A program made the position numbers and the translations under genes. Positions 16,762 through 25,605 of a DNA stretch of 32,000 bases are shown here, piece by piece. This DNA is from Candidatus Iainarchaeum sp. (GTDB lineage Archaea; Iainarchaeota; Iainarchaeia; Iainarchaeales; GCA-2688035). Where the stretch lies: the NCBI GenBank assembly GCA_028713935.1, contig JAQTNI010000001.1:1-32000 (forward strand), in the 5' to 3' direction. Below the pieces are notes generated by a model that was not told the origin of the DNA, searched no databases, and saw only the letters and a program-made list of their open reading frames with translations. Numbering within the stretch: the first letter of the stretch is position 1; every line of letters starts with the position of its first letter.

Positions 16762-17694
16762 GTGAAAACAATTATTGTTGCGGGCGCGGCAGGCTTTATT
16801 GGCAGCAATCTTTCCGAAAGGCTTTTGAAAGAAGGCAACAGGGTAATAGGAATAGACAATTTTGCCAGCAGTTCAAGAAAAAACATTGAACCCCTTTCGG
16901 AATTTGAAAATTTTTCTTTTTTTGAGCACGATGTGCAGGAACCCCTGGAGCTAGGGGAAAATGTTTCACAGGTTTATAATTGCGCTTCTCCTGCAAGCCC
17001 TATTGATTTTGCAAAAATTCCCATTGAAATTCTCATGACAAATTCCCTTGGAATGAAAAACCTGCTTGATTTCTGCCTGCAAAAAAAAGCACGGCTTCTC
17101 CAGACATCAACTTCAGAGGTTTATGGCGACCCTCTTGTCCATCCGCAAAAAGAATCCTATTGGGGCAATGTAAATCCTCTTGGGGAACGGTCTTGCTACG
17201 ACGAAGCCAAGCGCTTTGCAGAAGCACTGATAATGGCGTACAAGAGAAAATATTCCCTTGAAGTGCGCATTGCAAGGATTTTCAATACTTATGGGCCGAG
17301 AATGAGAAAAGATGACGGCAGGGTAGTGCCCTCCTTCATTGAACAGGCACTGCATAACCAGCCGATTACTGTTTTTGGAGAGGGAAAGCAAACAAGAAGC
17401 TTTTGTTATGTATCAGACCAGGTTGATGGCCTTGTAAAATTAATGAATTCCGGCTTCACTGGGCCTGTTAACATTGGAAACCCAGTTGAAATCACAATGA
17501 TTGAGCTTGCAGAAAAAATAATTGAGCTTGCGAATTCAAAATCAAAGGTTATTTTCAAGCCTCTTATTCATGCCGATGACCCAAAAAAAAGAAAGCCGGA
17601 CATTTCCCTTGCAAAAGAAAAATTGGGCTGGGAACCAAAAGTGCACTGGGAAGAAGGAATGAAAAAAACAATTGAATGGTTCAGGAAAAACTGA
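16762..17694 (+). CDS. uxs: UDP-glucuronate decarboxylase (UDP-xylose synthase)
   Basis: VAGAAGFIGSN, TSTSEVYGDPLVHPQKESYWGNVNPLGERSCYDEAKRFAE, RIFNTYGPRM, DGRVVPSFI and GEGKQTRSFCYV are present. The start is GTG 16762 (MKTIIVAG) or the overlapping TTG 16735. Confidence 0.88.
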   Translation: MKTIIVAGAAGFIGSNLSERLLKEGNRVIGIDNFASSSRKNIEPLSEFENFSFFEHDVQEPLELGENVSQVYNCASPASPIDFAKIPIEILMTNSLGMKNLLDFCLQKKARLLQTSTSEVYGDPLVHPQKESYWGNVNPLGERSCYDEAKRFAEALIMAYKRKYSLEVRIARIFNTYGPRMRKDDGRVVPSFIEQALHNQPITVFGEGKQTRSFCYVSDQVDGLVKLMNSGFTGPVNIGNPVEITMIELAEKIIELANSKSKVIFKPLIHADDPKKRKPDISLAKEKLGWEPKVHWEEGMKKTIEWFRKN

Positions 17695-17753
17695 AAACAC
17701 AAATTTTTTTGCATTTACCTGTTGATTTTTAAATTCTTTTTTCTTATATTTAA

Positions 17754-20132
17754 TTGGTGTTTTTTTTGCTTAAAAAAATGCTTTTTTTGCTCTGCCTTTT
17801 GCTTTTGTCTTCAAGTGCCTTTGCAGTGATATCACACGACTCTCTGAAGGTTTTTGCTGTCACTGAAGACGGGCAGACAGCAATGACTGCAAATCTTGGC
17901 CTTACAATTGAAGCCGGCACAGGAAAAGTCTGGAGCAGTGTTGAGCCTCTTATTGGAACTTCAACGCAGACAACTGAAAAGGCAGCTGTCCAGGTTGCAA
18001 AAAATTATTCTCCAAGCGTTTCTTCTTTTGACTACAAATTTGACATTAACAGCAATGCATCTCTTGTTGACGGCCCAAGCGCGGGCGCGGCAATGGCACT
18101 GCTTACCATTTCAATGCTGACTGACAAGCACATCCCTGAAAATGTCGGGATTACAGGAACAATAACAAATGAAGGGGGAGTGGGGCAGGTTGGCGGTGTT
18201 TTCAAAAAAGCACAGGAAGCAGCGCGCATTGGAATAAAACTTTTCATGATTCCTGCAGGGGAATCAAAGCAGATTATGACTGGGCAAAATGGCGCAGAAT
18301 ATGTCAATCTTGTCGATTATGCGCCTGCAAATTGGGGCATGAAAGTTGTTGAAGTAAGCAATATTGACCAGGTTTTAAAATTCGCATTTTCAGACATCCA
18401 AAGCATTGATGTGAATGCAAACCAGGAATTGCCTGTTTTTGTTCCAAAGCCAGTTTCTGTTTCGGACAATGTTTACAAAATGCATGATTTGACAGAGGGT
18501 TACATAAAAAGGGCTTCAGAAGCGCTTACCCATGCAAGAAAAAGTCTTACAGGGACGCTTTTGAATGATGCAGATGCCACCGAAGCAATGCTTGCAGCAT
18601 TGACAAACGCTGAAAAAAATTTGCAGGACGCAAAAATGCTTTTTGACCAGAACTATTTTTACAGCGCTGCAAACTATGCCTTTTTGGCGCAGGTTGACGC
18701 AATGTTTGTCGATGATTTAAGCCAAAACCCCTCTCTTATTGACCCTTCTTCAACTTTTTTGGATTTGAAGCTGCTTGACCTGAAAAAAGACGCGGGTTCA
18801 CTTGAAAAAGACCTGAATGATTTTGTCCAGATTGAAGGCTGGGAATGGCACATTGCTGCGCAACAGAGGCTTGCCTGGGCAGAACAAAAAATTGATTCCC
18901 TGATAAACAAAAAAACAATTGTAATAAACATTGACGGAACCACTGCAAGTTCCCTTGTGGAATTGCACGATTATGAGTTTGCAGTTGCCTGGCTTTCCGT
19001 TGCAAAAGATTTTTCCTCGCTGGCACAGGAATCAACAAAAAAAGTCCGCTCAAAGCCAATGTTCAATGAGGAAATAAACACTTACATAATCAATGCGGAA
19101 AACAATCTTTCCTCAATTCCGCAGGATTCTTCAGAGGACATAACAAGAAGGATTGAAACAGCCAAAAAATCAAGAGACCTTGGCAGAAGCGCTGCTTCTC
19201 TTTTTGATGCCGCCTCCGCCTTTGCACTGTCAAATGCGGATAATTTCATTAAAAACAAGGACCTGAACACACTGGAAACAGTGTTAAGGCAAAAATCCTC
19301 TGATTTGCAGAAAAAGCTTGACACGAAGGGCAATGGTTTTGTCTGGGCAAGGCTTTATCTTGACCATGCAAATTATTATCTGCAGGGAATTGAATTTTAC
19401 AAGTCAAAAGGCCTGAATGCGCAGGCGCTTGAAATGGCGCAAAGCGGAATTTCAATTGTTTTTCTCTCCGAAGAAATTTTCAATGCGTCTGAAACAGCGG
19501 GAAATTATTATTCCAATGTTCCCGCATCAGACCTTTCAGAAAACATCCGCCCTTTACTGCCGAATTACTTCAATCCCGCGGTTATTGCCGCGCTCATTGC
19601 AGTGATAATCTGCCTTGCCCTGCTGTTGTTTTTCATGCACAGGCAGGCTTCTGCTTCCAACTCGGAAGACAAAAAAATCAGCCTTGAAAAGGCAAAAGCA
19701 AGGCTTGACAGGCTGTTTGCAGACAAAAAAATTTCTTATGAAAAATTCCTTGAAATGAATTCAATACTTGAAAGCAGAAGCAAAGAAATTGATTTGGACA
19801 GGGAAGCATTAAGCCAGACAACTGTAAAGGCAGACAAAATGCGCTTTGAGCTCCAGGCGCTTAAAAGGACTCTTGCAGAGCTTGAAAGGCAGAAAAAATC
19901 AGGCCTGATAACAAAAAAAGACTTTGAAAAAACAGTTTCAAAAATCAATTCAAAATCAGGCTATCTTGAAAAAGCCCTTGTTGAAAGAAAAAAAGACGCA
20001 GCAGCAGAAGAAGCCAAGATAAAGCTTGAAACAAAAGAATATTCAAGCGAAGCAAAAGAAATGTTAAAATCAGGAAAAAAAGAAATCAACCGCAAATGGC
20101 AAAAAGCAAAAAAAACAAAATCCAAAAACTGA
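17754..20132 (+). CDS. secreted, membrane-anchored Lon-type (S16) serine protease with a long helical region and a cytoplasmic coiled-coil tail
   Basis: Signal-peptide-like N-terminus (LFLLCLLLLSSSAFA). Lon proteolytic domain with VDGPSAGAAMALLTIS...ITGTITNEGGVGQVGGVFKKAQEAARIGIKLFMIP. One TM helix (AVIAALIAVIICLALLLFFM, nt 19575-19637). The start codon is uncertain (TTG 17754, GTG 17757 or ATG 17778). Confidence 0.8.
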   Translation: MVFFLLKKMLFLLCLLLLSSSAFAVISHDSLKVFAVTEDGQTAMTANLGLTIEAGTGKVWSSVEPLIGTSTQTTEKAAVQVAKNYSPSVSSFDYKFDINSNASLVDGPSAGAAMALLTISMLTDKHIPENVGITGTITNEGGVGQVGGVFKKAQEAARIGIKLFMIPAGESKQIMTGQNGAEYVNLVDYAPANWGMKVVEVSNIDQVLKFAFSDIQSIDVNANQELPVFVPKPVSVSDNVYKMHDLTEGYIKRASEALTHARKSLTGTLLNDADATEAMLAALTNAEKNLQDAKMLFDQNYFYSAANYAFLAQVDAMFVDDLSQNPSLIDPSSTFLDLKLLDLKKDAGSLEKDLNDFVQIEGWEWHIAAQQRLAWAEQKIDSLINKKTIVINIDGTTASSLVELHDYEFAVAWLSVAKDFSSLAQESTKKVRSKPMFNEEINTYIINAENNLSSIPQDSSEDITRRIETAKKSRDLGRSAASLFDAASAFALSNADNFIKNKDLNTLETVLRQKSSDLQKKLDTKGNGFVWARLYLDHANYYLQGIEFYKSKGLNAQALEMAQSGISIVFLSEEIFNASETAGNYYSNVPASDLSENIRPLLPNYFNPAVIAALIAVIICLALLLFFMHRQASASNSEDKKISLEKAKARLDRLFADKKISYEKFLEMNSILESRSKEIDLDREALSQTTVKADKMRFELQALKRTLAELERQKKSGLITKKDFEKTVSKINSKSGYLEKALVERKKDAAAEEAKIKLETKEYSSEAKEMLKSGKKEINRKWQKAKKTKSKN

Positions 20133-20135
20133 TTC

Positions 20136-23129
20136 TTATTGCACTGCCTGTTCCGCATTCATGGAATCCATTTGTTCCCTTAATTTTAATCCCACTACGC
20201 TGCTTTTCTGCTTGTTTAAAGCAACACCAATTATCTGGCTTGCATTCTGTATCAAAGGGTCGTTATGGGTTACAACAATAAACTGGGATTTTTTGCTCAT
20301 TTCTTTTATCACATTCACCATTTTTGCTGAATTTTCCTTGTCAAGCGCCGCATCTGCCTCGTCAAAAATGTAAAAAGGAGAAGGCTCATAAAGCTGTATC
20401 GCAAAAAGGAACGCAAGCGCAGTAAGAGTTTTTTCCCCTCCGCTCATTGCATCAATATTTTTCATTGACGCGCCTTTGTGCTTTGACTCAATCACTAATC
20501 CCGATTCCAATGGGTTTTCAGGGCTGCTGAGTGACAATTGCCCGAAGCCCCCGAACAATTCCAAAAACATTTTTGAAAAATTCCTGTTCAATTCGTTAAA
20601 GCAGTTCATGAAAAAAGTTGTCCTTTTCACTTCAATTTTCTGCATCAAATCCATTATTGCAAGCTTTTCCTCGTCAAGCTTTGCAAGCTTCTGCCTTACA
20701 TCAATTACTTCCTGCTTCAATTCATTGAAAGAGTCAACTGCCTTCATGTTTATTGCGCCAAGCTCTGCAATCCTTTTTTCAATGTCAATTATGCGCTTCT
20801 GAAGCTGTTTTTCCTCCATATTGCTGATTTTTGGGACATTTGCATACTGTGCAAATTCCTCGCTTAAATCGGAAAGCCTGACTTCAAGCTTTGAATTGTC
20901 AATTTTTATTTCATTTGCCTGCTGCTCCAGCCTTTTGATTTTCTGCTGCAAAGAATTTTTTCTTTCAAAGGAAGCAGAAATTTTTTCGTCAATTCCGCTT
21001 TTTTCCTCAAAAAGCTTTTTGCTTTCCTTTTCTGATTTTTTCATTTCTTCCTGCAGGGAAACAATTGTGTTGCCAAGCAGCCTTATGCTTTCAGCTGTTT
21101 TTTCAATGGCAGCTGACATTTCACTGTTTGCTTTTTTCAGCTGGGAAATTTCCTCTTCAACAATTTTTTTTTCTTCGGAAGAGCGTTCCTTTCCCCTTTG
21201 AAACCCGCTTTTTTTTTGTTCAAGCAGCCCAAGCCTCAATTGAATGTCAGTAATGCTGTTTGCAAGGCTGGAAACTTTTTCAAAGCCAATTTCGGCCTTG
21301 AATTCCCTTGTTTCAATTTCTTTTTCCATTTTTTTTGCTTTTGCGGAAGAAAGAAGAGCCTCGAGTTTTTGTGCTTCCCTTTCCCTTTGTTCAAGTGAAT
21401 CAGCGCAAAGCTCTTTTGCAATCCTGTCTTTTTTTGCGCTTAAAGAAGAAAATTTCTGCTTCAGCTCTGCAAGATTTGCTGTTTCAAATTCCAATTCCCT
21501 CATTATTTCAAAAATGCCTTCAAGCCTTGCTTTTTTTGCATCAAGCTTTTTTGCCTGCTCAGCAAAAATCCCTGATTGCACATTCAGGCCGTTAAGCAAA
21601 TCCTGTTTTTTTTCAACAAGCATTTTCTTTTTTTCAATTGTCAGCCTGCTTTCGCAAACAGGGCAGGAAGCAGCCTGTTTCTGCAGTTCATTAATAGCGT
21701 TTTTTGCCTCGATTATCCTTGATTCGTTTGACTTTGAATCCACAATGCTTTTTTTTATTTCATTTGAAACAATTTTCAGCTCTTCCTTTATGTCAGGGTG
21801 TTCCTGCATTAACTTGTCAAGGCTGTGCTTTTTTTCATCTTTCCTCGTGAACTCGCTTTTTGCCTTTTCAAGCTCTGCGCTTGTTTCCTGCAAGGCAAGC
21901 TTTTCAAATGCAATTTCCCTCTGCAAAGCTGAAATCTCGGCTTTTTTTTCAAACAAAATTTTCTGGGCTTTTGACTCTTCTTCAGCAAGCAAAACAAGCG
22001 CCCTGTCCATTTCCTTCAGAGCGCTTTCTTTTCCCATGCCTTTTTCTTCAAGCTCTTTTTTTCTCTGCCTTAACACATCAAGCTGCCTTTTGAGTTCAGG
22101 CAGCTCTTTTTCAATTGCGGCAAGCTCTTTTTCCCTGTTGTTTTGCTCATTCAGAAAAGCCTTTATTTTTTCTTCCAGATAAAAAATCCTTGAATTGTTT
22201 TTTTCCAGCAAACGCTTCTTGTTCTCGCTGTCCTGCACAGCAAGCATTTTCTCGGCTTTTTTTTCCTCTGTTTTTATTCCAAAATTTGCAAAAGCCTCTT
22301 TGCTGCCGGCAAGAATAAGCCTGTTTATTTCTTCTGAGCGCTCCTGCCATTGCCTTATTTTTGCATCCTCTTCTGAAAACTTTGCCTGCCAGGAATTCTG
22401 TTCTTCGCCAACACTAAAAACCTTGTCAGTGTTTTCCTTTCTCAATGCAGTGATTTTTTCTATTTCAAGGTGCAATGCAGTTGCCTTTACCTGTTTTTTT
22501 TCATCCTGCAATTGCCCAAATTCCATTGCTGCCTGCCTGTCCCTTTCAAGGCTTTGCAGATAATTTTCCCTTTCAGCCATTACTATTGCGGCTTCTTTTA
22601 TGCGCATTTCAACCTTTTCAAGGTTTTTCAATGCCTCTGCTTTTTTTTCGTCAAACTCATGCAGGCCGGCAAGCTCATCGATTATCCGGCGCCTTTCTTC
22701 AGGAGTCATTTCAATCAGCCTTGTTGCATCTCCCTGCACAACAATATTATGCCCGCTTGGCCGGATTCCCAATTCTCCAAGAAGAGAGCTAATCTCATTC
22801 AAAGTTTTTCTCTGGTCATTAAGCCTGCAAATGCTTTTGCCCTGCTTGTCAATCATCCTGCTAATGTCATATTTCTGGTCATTGTGTTTTATTGTCAAAT
22901 CGACTTTTGCATAATTTTCCATTGCGCCATTATTGACAAGCTCTGACAATTTCGCCGCTCTTAATGTTTTAAGCGAAGTAGCTCCCATTACAAACATCAA
23001 TGCATCCAGAATGTTTGTTTTTCCGCAGCCATTGCCGCCCACAATTGCAGTGAAACCATCCGAAAAAGGGATTTCAGCTTTCTTAAAGCTCTTGAAATTC
23101 TTTAAAACAAGTTTTTGGAGTTTAACCAT
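20136..23129 (-). CDS. SMC-family ATPase lacking a hinge, with a CPVC hook motif at the coiled-coil midpoint
   Basis: LKNFKSF...GGNGCGKTN, QGDATRLIEMTPEERRRIIDELAG, MSGGEKTLTALAFLFAIQ, PFYIFDEADAALD and QFIVVTHN are present. About 700 residues of coiled-coil-like sequence lie between the head halves. CPVC is encoded at nt 21654-21665. ATG 23129 (MVKLQK) is preferred over ATG 23141. Confidence 0.85.
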   Translation of the reverse strand: MVKLQKLVLKNFKSFKKAEIPFSDGFTAIVGGNGCGKTNILDALMFVMGATSLKTLRAAKLSELVNNGAMENYAKVDLTIKHNDQKYDISRMIDKQGKSICRLNDQRKTLNEISSLLGELGIRPSGHNIVVQGDATRLIEMTPEERRRIIDELAGLHEFDEKKAEALKNLEKVEMRIKEAAIVMAERENYLQSLERDRQAAMEFGQLQDEKKQVKATALHLEIEKITALRKENTDKVFSVGEEQNSWQAKFSEEDAKIRQWQERSEEINRLILAGSKEAFANFGIKTEEKKAEKMLAVQDSENKKRLLEKNNSRIFYLEEKIKAFLNEQNNREKELAAIEKELPELKRQLDVLRQRKKELEEKGMGKESALKEMDRALVLLAEEESKAQKILFEKKAEISALQREIAFEKLALQETSAELEKAKSEFTRKDEKKHSLDKLMQEHPDIKEELKIVSNEIKKSIVDSKSNESRIIEAKNAINELQKQAASCPVCESRLTIEKKKMLVEKKQDLLNGLNVQSGIFAEQAKKLDAKKARLEGIFEIMRELEFETANLAELKQKFSSLSAKKDRIAKELCADSLEQREREAQKLEALLSSAKAKKMEKEIETREFKAEIGFEKVSSLANSITDIQLRLGLLEQKKSGFQRGKERSSEEKKIVEEEISQLKKANSEMSAAIEKTAESIRLLGNTIVSLQEEMKKSEKESKKLFEEKSGIDEKISASFERKNSLQQKIKRLEQQANEIKIDNSKLEVRLSDLSEEFAQYANVPKISNMEEKQLQKRIIDIEKRIAELGAINMKAVDSFNELKQEVIDVRQKLAKLDEEKLAIMDLMQKIEVKRTTFFMNCFNELNRNFSKMFLELFGGFGQLSLSSPENPLESGLVIESKHKGASMKNIDAMSGGEKTLTALAFLFAIQLYEPSPFYIFDEADAALDKENSAKMVNVIKEMSKKSQFIVVTHNDPLIQNASQIIGVALNKQKSSVVGLKLREQMDSMNAEQAVQ

Positions 23130-23255
23130 AAAAAAATTCACTTTGTAAGAGGCATTAAGGCAATTCTGCCAATAGGTTTCTTAACTGAAAATCTTTTTAA
23201 ATGGATTTTTAAGTTCTGGGGACTTGTTTATTTGGCCTTAAATAAACCTTCCCAA

Positions 23256-23984
23256 TCAGAGAGGCCGTTTTTTTGGTTTATTTTGCTTATTTTTTGCTCT
23301 TTGTTCCGCTTTAAATTTTCTGTAAAATTCTCTATCTTTTTGAGGATATGGTTTTACATTATGCGAATCAATTGTTGTAATGCCTGCTTTCCTAAATGTT
23401 TGAAGATATTGCCGAACCTGCCGCTTGTATTCCCCCGGAGATGAACACGCTCCAAAAAGGAAGAAAAGGGACGGCAAAACGCCAACAGGTTTTGCTTTTT
23501 TTCTTTCAGCGATTCTTTTTAATCTCTTTGCAACCCAAACCCTCCAATTCTCTCCGACCTGTTCAGAAAATAGTTTAAGCTCATTTTGTCTCTTGCGCTC
23601 TCCCTGAATGTGGTTAATATGCAATTCCAGTTTTCCTCCTTGGCTCTGAAGAAAAAAACCAATAGTCGCTATTCTGTGTTGATTATTATCCTGAATGCCT
23701 AATTGAATAGGACATTCCACATGAATTAAGTTTTTTGACAACTTAATTTGAAAAGAACCTACTTTCAGTGGTTTTTGAGCAGCCAAATTTTGAAACAAAT
23801 CACTAGTCAAAAGAGCGCTCGCCAAAGCATCCTGGGATGAAAGAGTTTCTGGGAGCTGCTTCAAAGTCTGTTCACAAACAAAAAAAGAATCAACTGGAAT
23901 TTTTTTTGCCTCTAATTGAGCCAAAACCTCAGTTTGTTCATAGAAGAAATATAAGTTGTGTTCAGATATAAAAATCAATAGCAC
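23256..23984 (-). CDS. hypothetical protein (242 aa) with a basic C-terminal tail
   Basis: Long ORF on the same strand as the SMC-like gene and directly upstream of it. No motif recognised. It ends in a Lys/Arg-rich tail (RKFKAEQRAKNKQNKPKKRPL). Confidence 0.55.
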   Translation of the reverse strand: MLLIFISEHNLYFFYEQTEVLAQLEAKKIPVDSFFVCEQTLKQLPETLSSQDALASALLTSDLFQNLAAQKPLKVGSFQIKLSKNLIHVECPIQLGIQDNNQHRIATIGFFLQSQGGKLELHINHIQGERKRQNELKLFSEQVGENWRVWVAKRLKRIAERKKAKPVGVLPSLFFLFGACSSPGEYKRQVRQYLQTFRKAGITTIDSHNVKPYPQKDREFYRKFKAEQRAKNKQNKPKKRPL

Positions 23985-24041
23985 ACTTCTTTCGCTTAAG
24001 CCCTTATCTATTGAAATTCCAGAAGCTTGTCCAAAAACAGT

Positions 24042-24830
24042 TTATTCCCTGTCAAGGTAATAAAAGGCAAGCGCAAAATTCACAAAAGCAATTTGTATTG
24101 CCCAGAAAACAGCAATAATTATTCCCACTGCTATTTCATCAACAACCAAATCCGACAAAACAGAGCCAATAAAACCGATTATCCCGCTAATTATTAAAAC
24201 AATTATCAGGAATAAAACAGTTGTCCAGAATTTTTTGTCGGAAAATTCCCATGACTTTCCAATTGCAGCCTTTAATTTTTCTCCCCCGCAAGCCATTGCG
24301 GGAATTGTAAAAGCCAGTTTTACAAGAACAAAAACAATTGCTATTGCAAGCAAAAACACCAAAACAAGTGCCCAGATTCCTGCAGAGGGCATTATCAAAA
24401 ACAATATCCAAAAAATTACCATGATAAGCGCAGCCAGCACTATTTCAAATAGGATTAATGAAAGAATCCGGCCTCCCTGTTCAATTGTCTGTGAAACAGC
24501 ACTGCCAATTGAAGGCTTTTTTTCAGACAGCTCTTTTGCATAATTTGAATAAAAAAAGCCTGTCACAGTAACCACTATTAAGGAAACAAGGCCTGCGAGC
24601 AGCAATGGAACAAGGCTTCCAGCATACAAATTAAAAAACTGGAATGGCAATTCGCCTAAGCCCGATTCAGGAATATTCCCCAAAAAAACAGCGTTTATTG
24701 CCAATTCAACAAAAAAATCAATTACCGCAAAAAAAACAACTGCAATGACAGCAGCCGCAGCAAGCCCAGGAACAAGGCAAACAGGGTGCTTTGCAATTTC
24801 CTTAAACCCTTTTGCAAAAACTCCAAGCAA
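24042..24830 (-). CDS. integral membrane protein (about 6 TM helices), function unknown
   Basis: Repeated 20-25-residue hydrophobic stretches (for example VIAVVFFAVIDFFVELAI and ALIMVIFWILFLIMP). It is on the same strand as the two downstream genes. Confidence 0.65.
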   Translation of the reverse strand: MLGVFAKGFKEIAKHPVCLVPGLAAAAVIAVVFFAVIDFFVELAINAVFLGNIPESGLGELPFQFFNLYAGSLVPLLLAGLVSLIVVTVTGFFYSNYAKELSEKKPSIGSAVSQTIEQGGRILSLILFEIVLAALIMVIFWILFLIMPSAGIWALVLVFLLAIAIVFVLVKLAFTIPAMACGGEKLKAAIGKSWEFSDKKFWTTVLFLIIVLIISGIIGFIGSVLSDLVVDEIAVGIIIAVFWAIQIAFVNFALAFYYLDRE

Positions 24831-24896
24831 ACAAAAACACCAGAAATAATAGGAATCTGGAATTTAAAAAACCATGCCCTTTAGGGCGGGAGAATG

Positions 24897-25250
24897 TCAT
24901 TTTTCCTTGTATCCAAATTTTTTGTTGTATTTGTCATGGCTTAAGATATCAAGGACAAAAGCTATTATTTCTATTTGTGTTTCTCCTTCTGTTAAAGCGT
25001 AAAACATTCGCCAATAATTTGGCAAGCCAACCCAAAAAAGATTTTTTATTCCGTATTTTTCCTTGTATTCTTTTGGAATAAGGTGTTTATTTATTGGTTC
25101 GCCGTAATGAATGTTTGCTTTTATCAATTCGACTTTTCTGCCAACTGCTGCCAAAATTGTCTTTTCAATCTTTGAATGTTCTGCTTCTTTGTTCAAATAG
25201 TTGTAAACTTCTTCTGCTTCCGGGGACAATTTTATTCTGACGATTTTCAT
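24897..25250 (-). CDS. putative RelE/ParE-superfamily toxin (117 aa)
   Basis: The size, the 4-nt ATGA overlap with the upstream small wHTH gene and the C-terminal pattern LPNYWRMFYALTEGETQIEIIAFVLDILSHDKY resemble the RelE/YoeB-type ...RxxY...I.I..I..H..Y ending. The assignment is by pattern only. Confidence 0.5.
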   Translation of the reverse strand: MKIVRIKLSPEAEEVYNYLNKEAEHSKIEKTILAAVGRKVELIKANIHYGEPINKHLIPKEYKEKYGIKNLFWVGLPNYWRMFYALTEGETQIEIIAFVLDILSHDKYNKKFGYKEK

Positions 25251-25546
25251 AATTCAAGGCCTTTTGCAATAGCGCGTTTAAGGTTGGCATTAGAATTTGT
25301 AATCCAGGTAATGCCCTTCAAACTCACGGCAATCTTGTTGCTGTCTTCCAAATACTGCAAAACCACTTTAAGGGTGTTATGGTTAACCTGCTTTGGAAGC
25401 CTTCTTTTAAGCTCTGCAATTGAAAGCGCGCTCTCATCAGCCCGCTTCAAAACATTCTCAACCATAATCACTGTATTCAAAGTGGGAGAATGCTCTAATT
25501 TCTGTTCCTTTTGAACCAAAACACTTCTCGACAAAAACATCACCAA
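25247..25546 (-). CDS. small winged-helix DNA-binding protein, putative antitoxin
   Basis: SIAELKRRLPKQVNHNTLKVVLQYLEDSNKIAVSLKGITW looks like a wHTH. It is translationally coupled to the toxin-like ORF. The start is uncertain (GTG 25546 or an internal ATG). Confidence 0.5.
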   Translation of the reverse strand: MVMFLSRSVLVQKEQKLEHSPTLNTVIMVENVLKRADESALSIAELKRRLPKQVNHNTLKVVLQYLEDSNKIAVSLKGITWITNSNANLKRAIAKGLEL

Positions 25547-25605
25547 AAGTTATTAACTAATAAGTAATTAGCACGAAAGAATATAAAAAGGTTTTGGTTA
25601 CTTTA

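Noticed and set aside
21244-22182. 312-aa plus-strand ORF inside the SMC-like gene
   Set aside because: Its S/F/L-rich low-complexity sequence is the mirror of the K/E/L coiled-coil codons on the other strand. It is a shadow ORF.
20136-23141. Annotating the 1001-aa ATPase simply as Rad50
   Set aside because: The signature, Walker B/D-loop and N-terminal QG...ERR...AG motifs are SMC-type. No mre11 is adjacent. Only the apex motif is Rad50-like.
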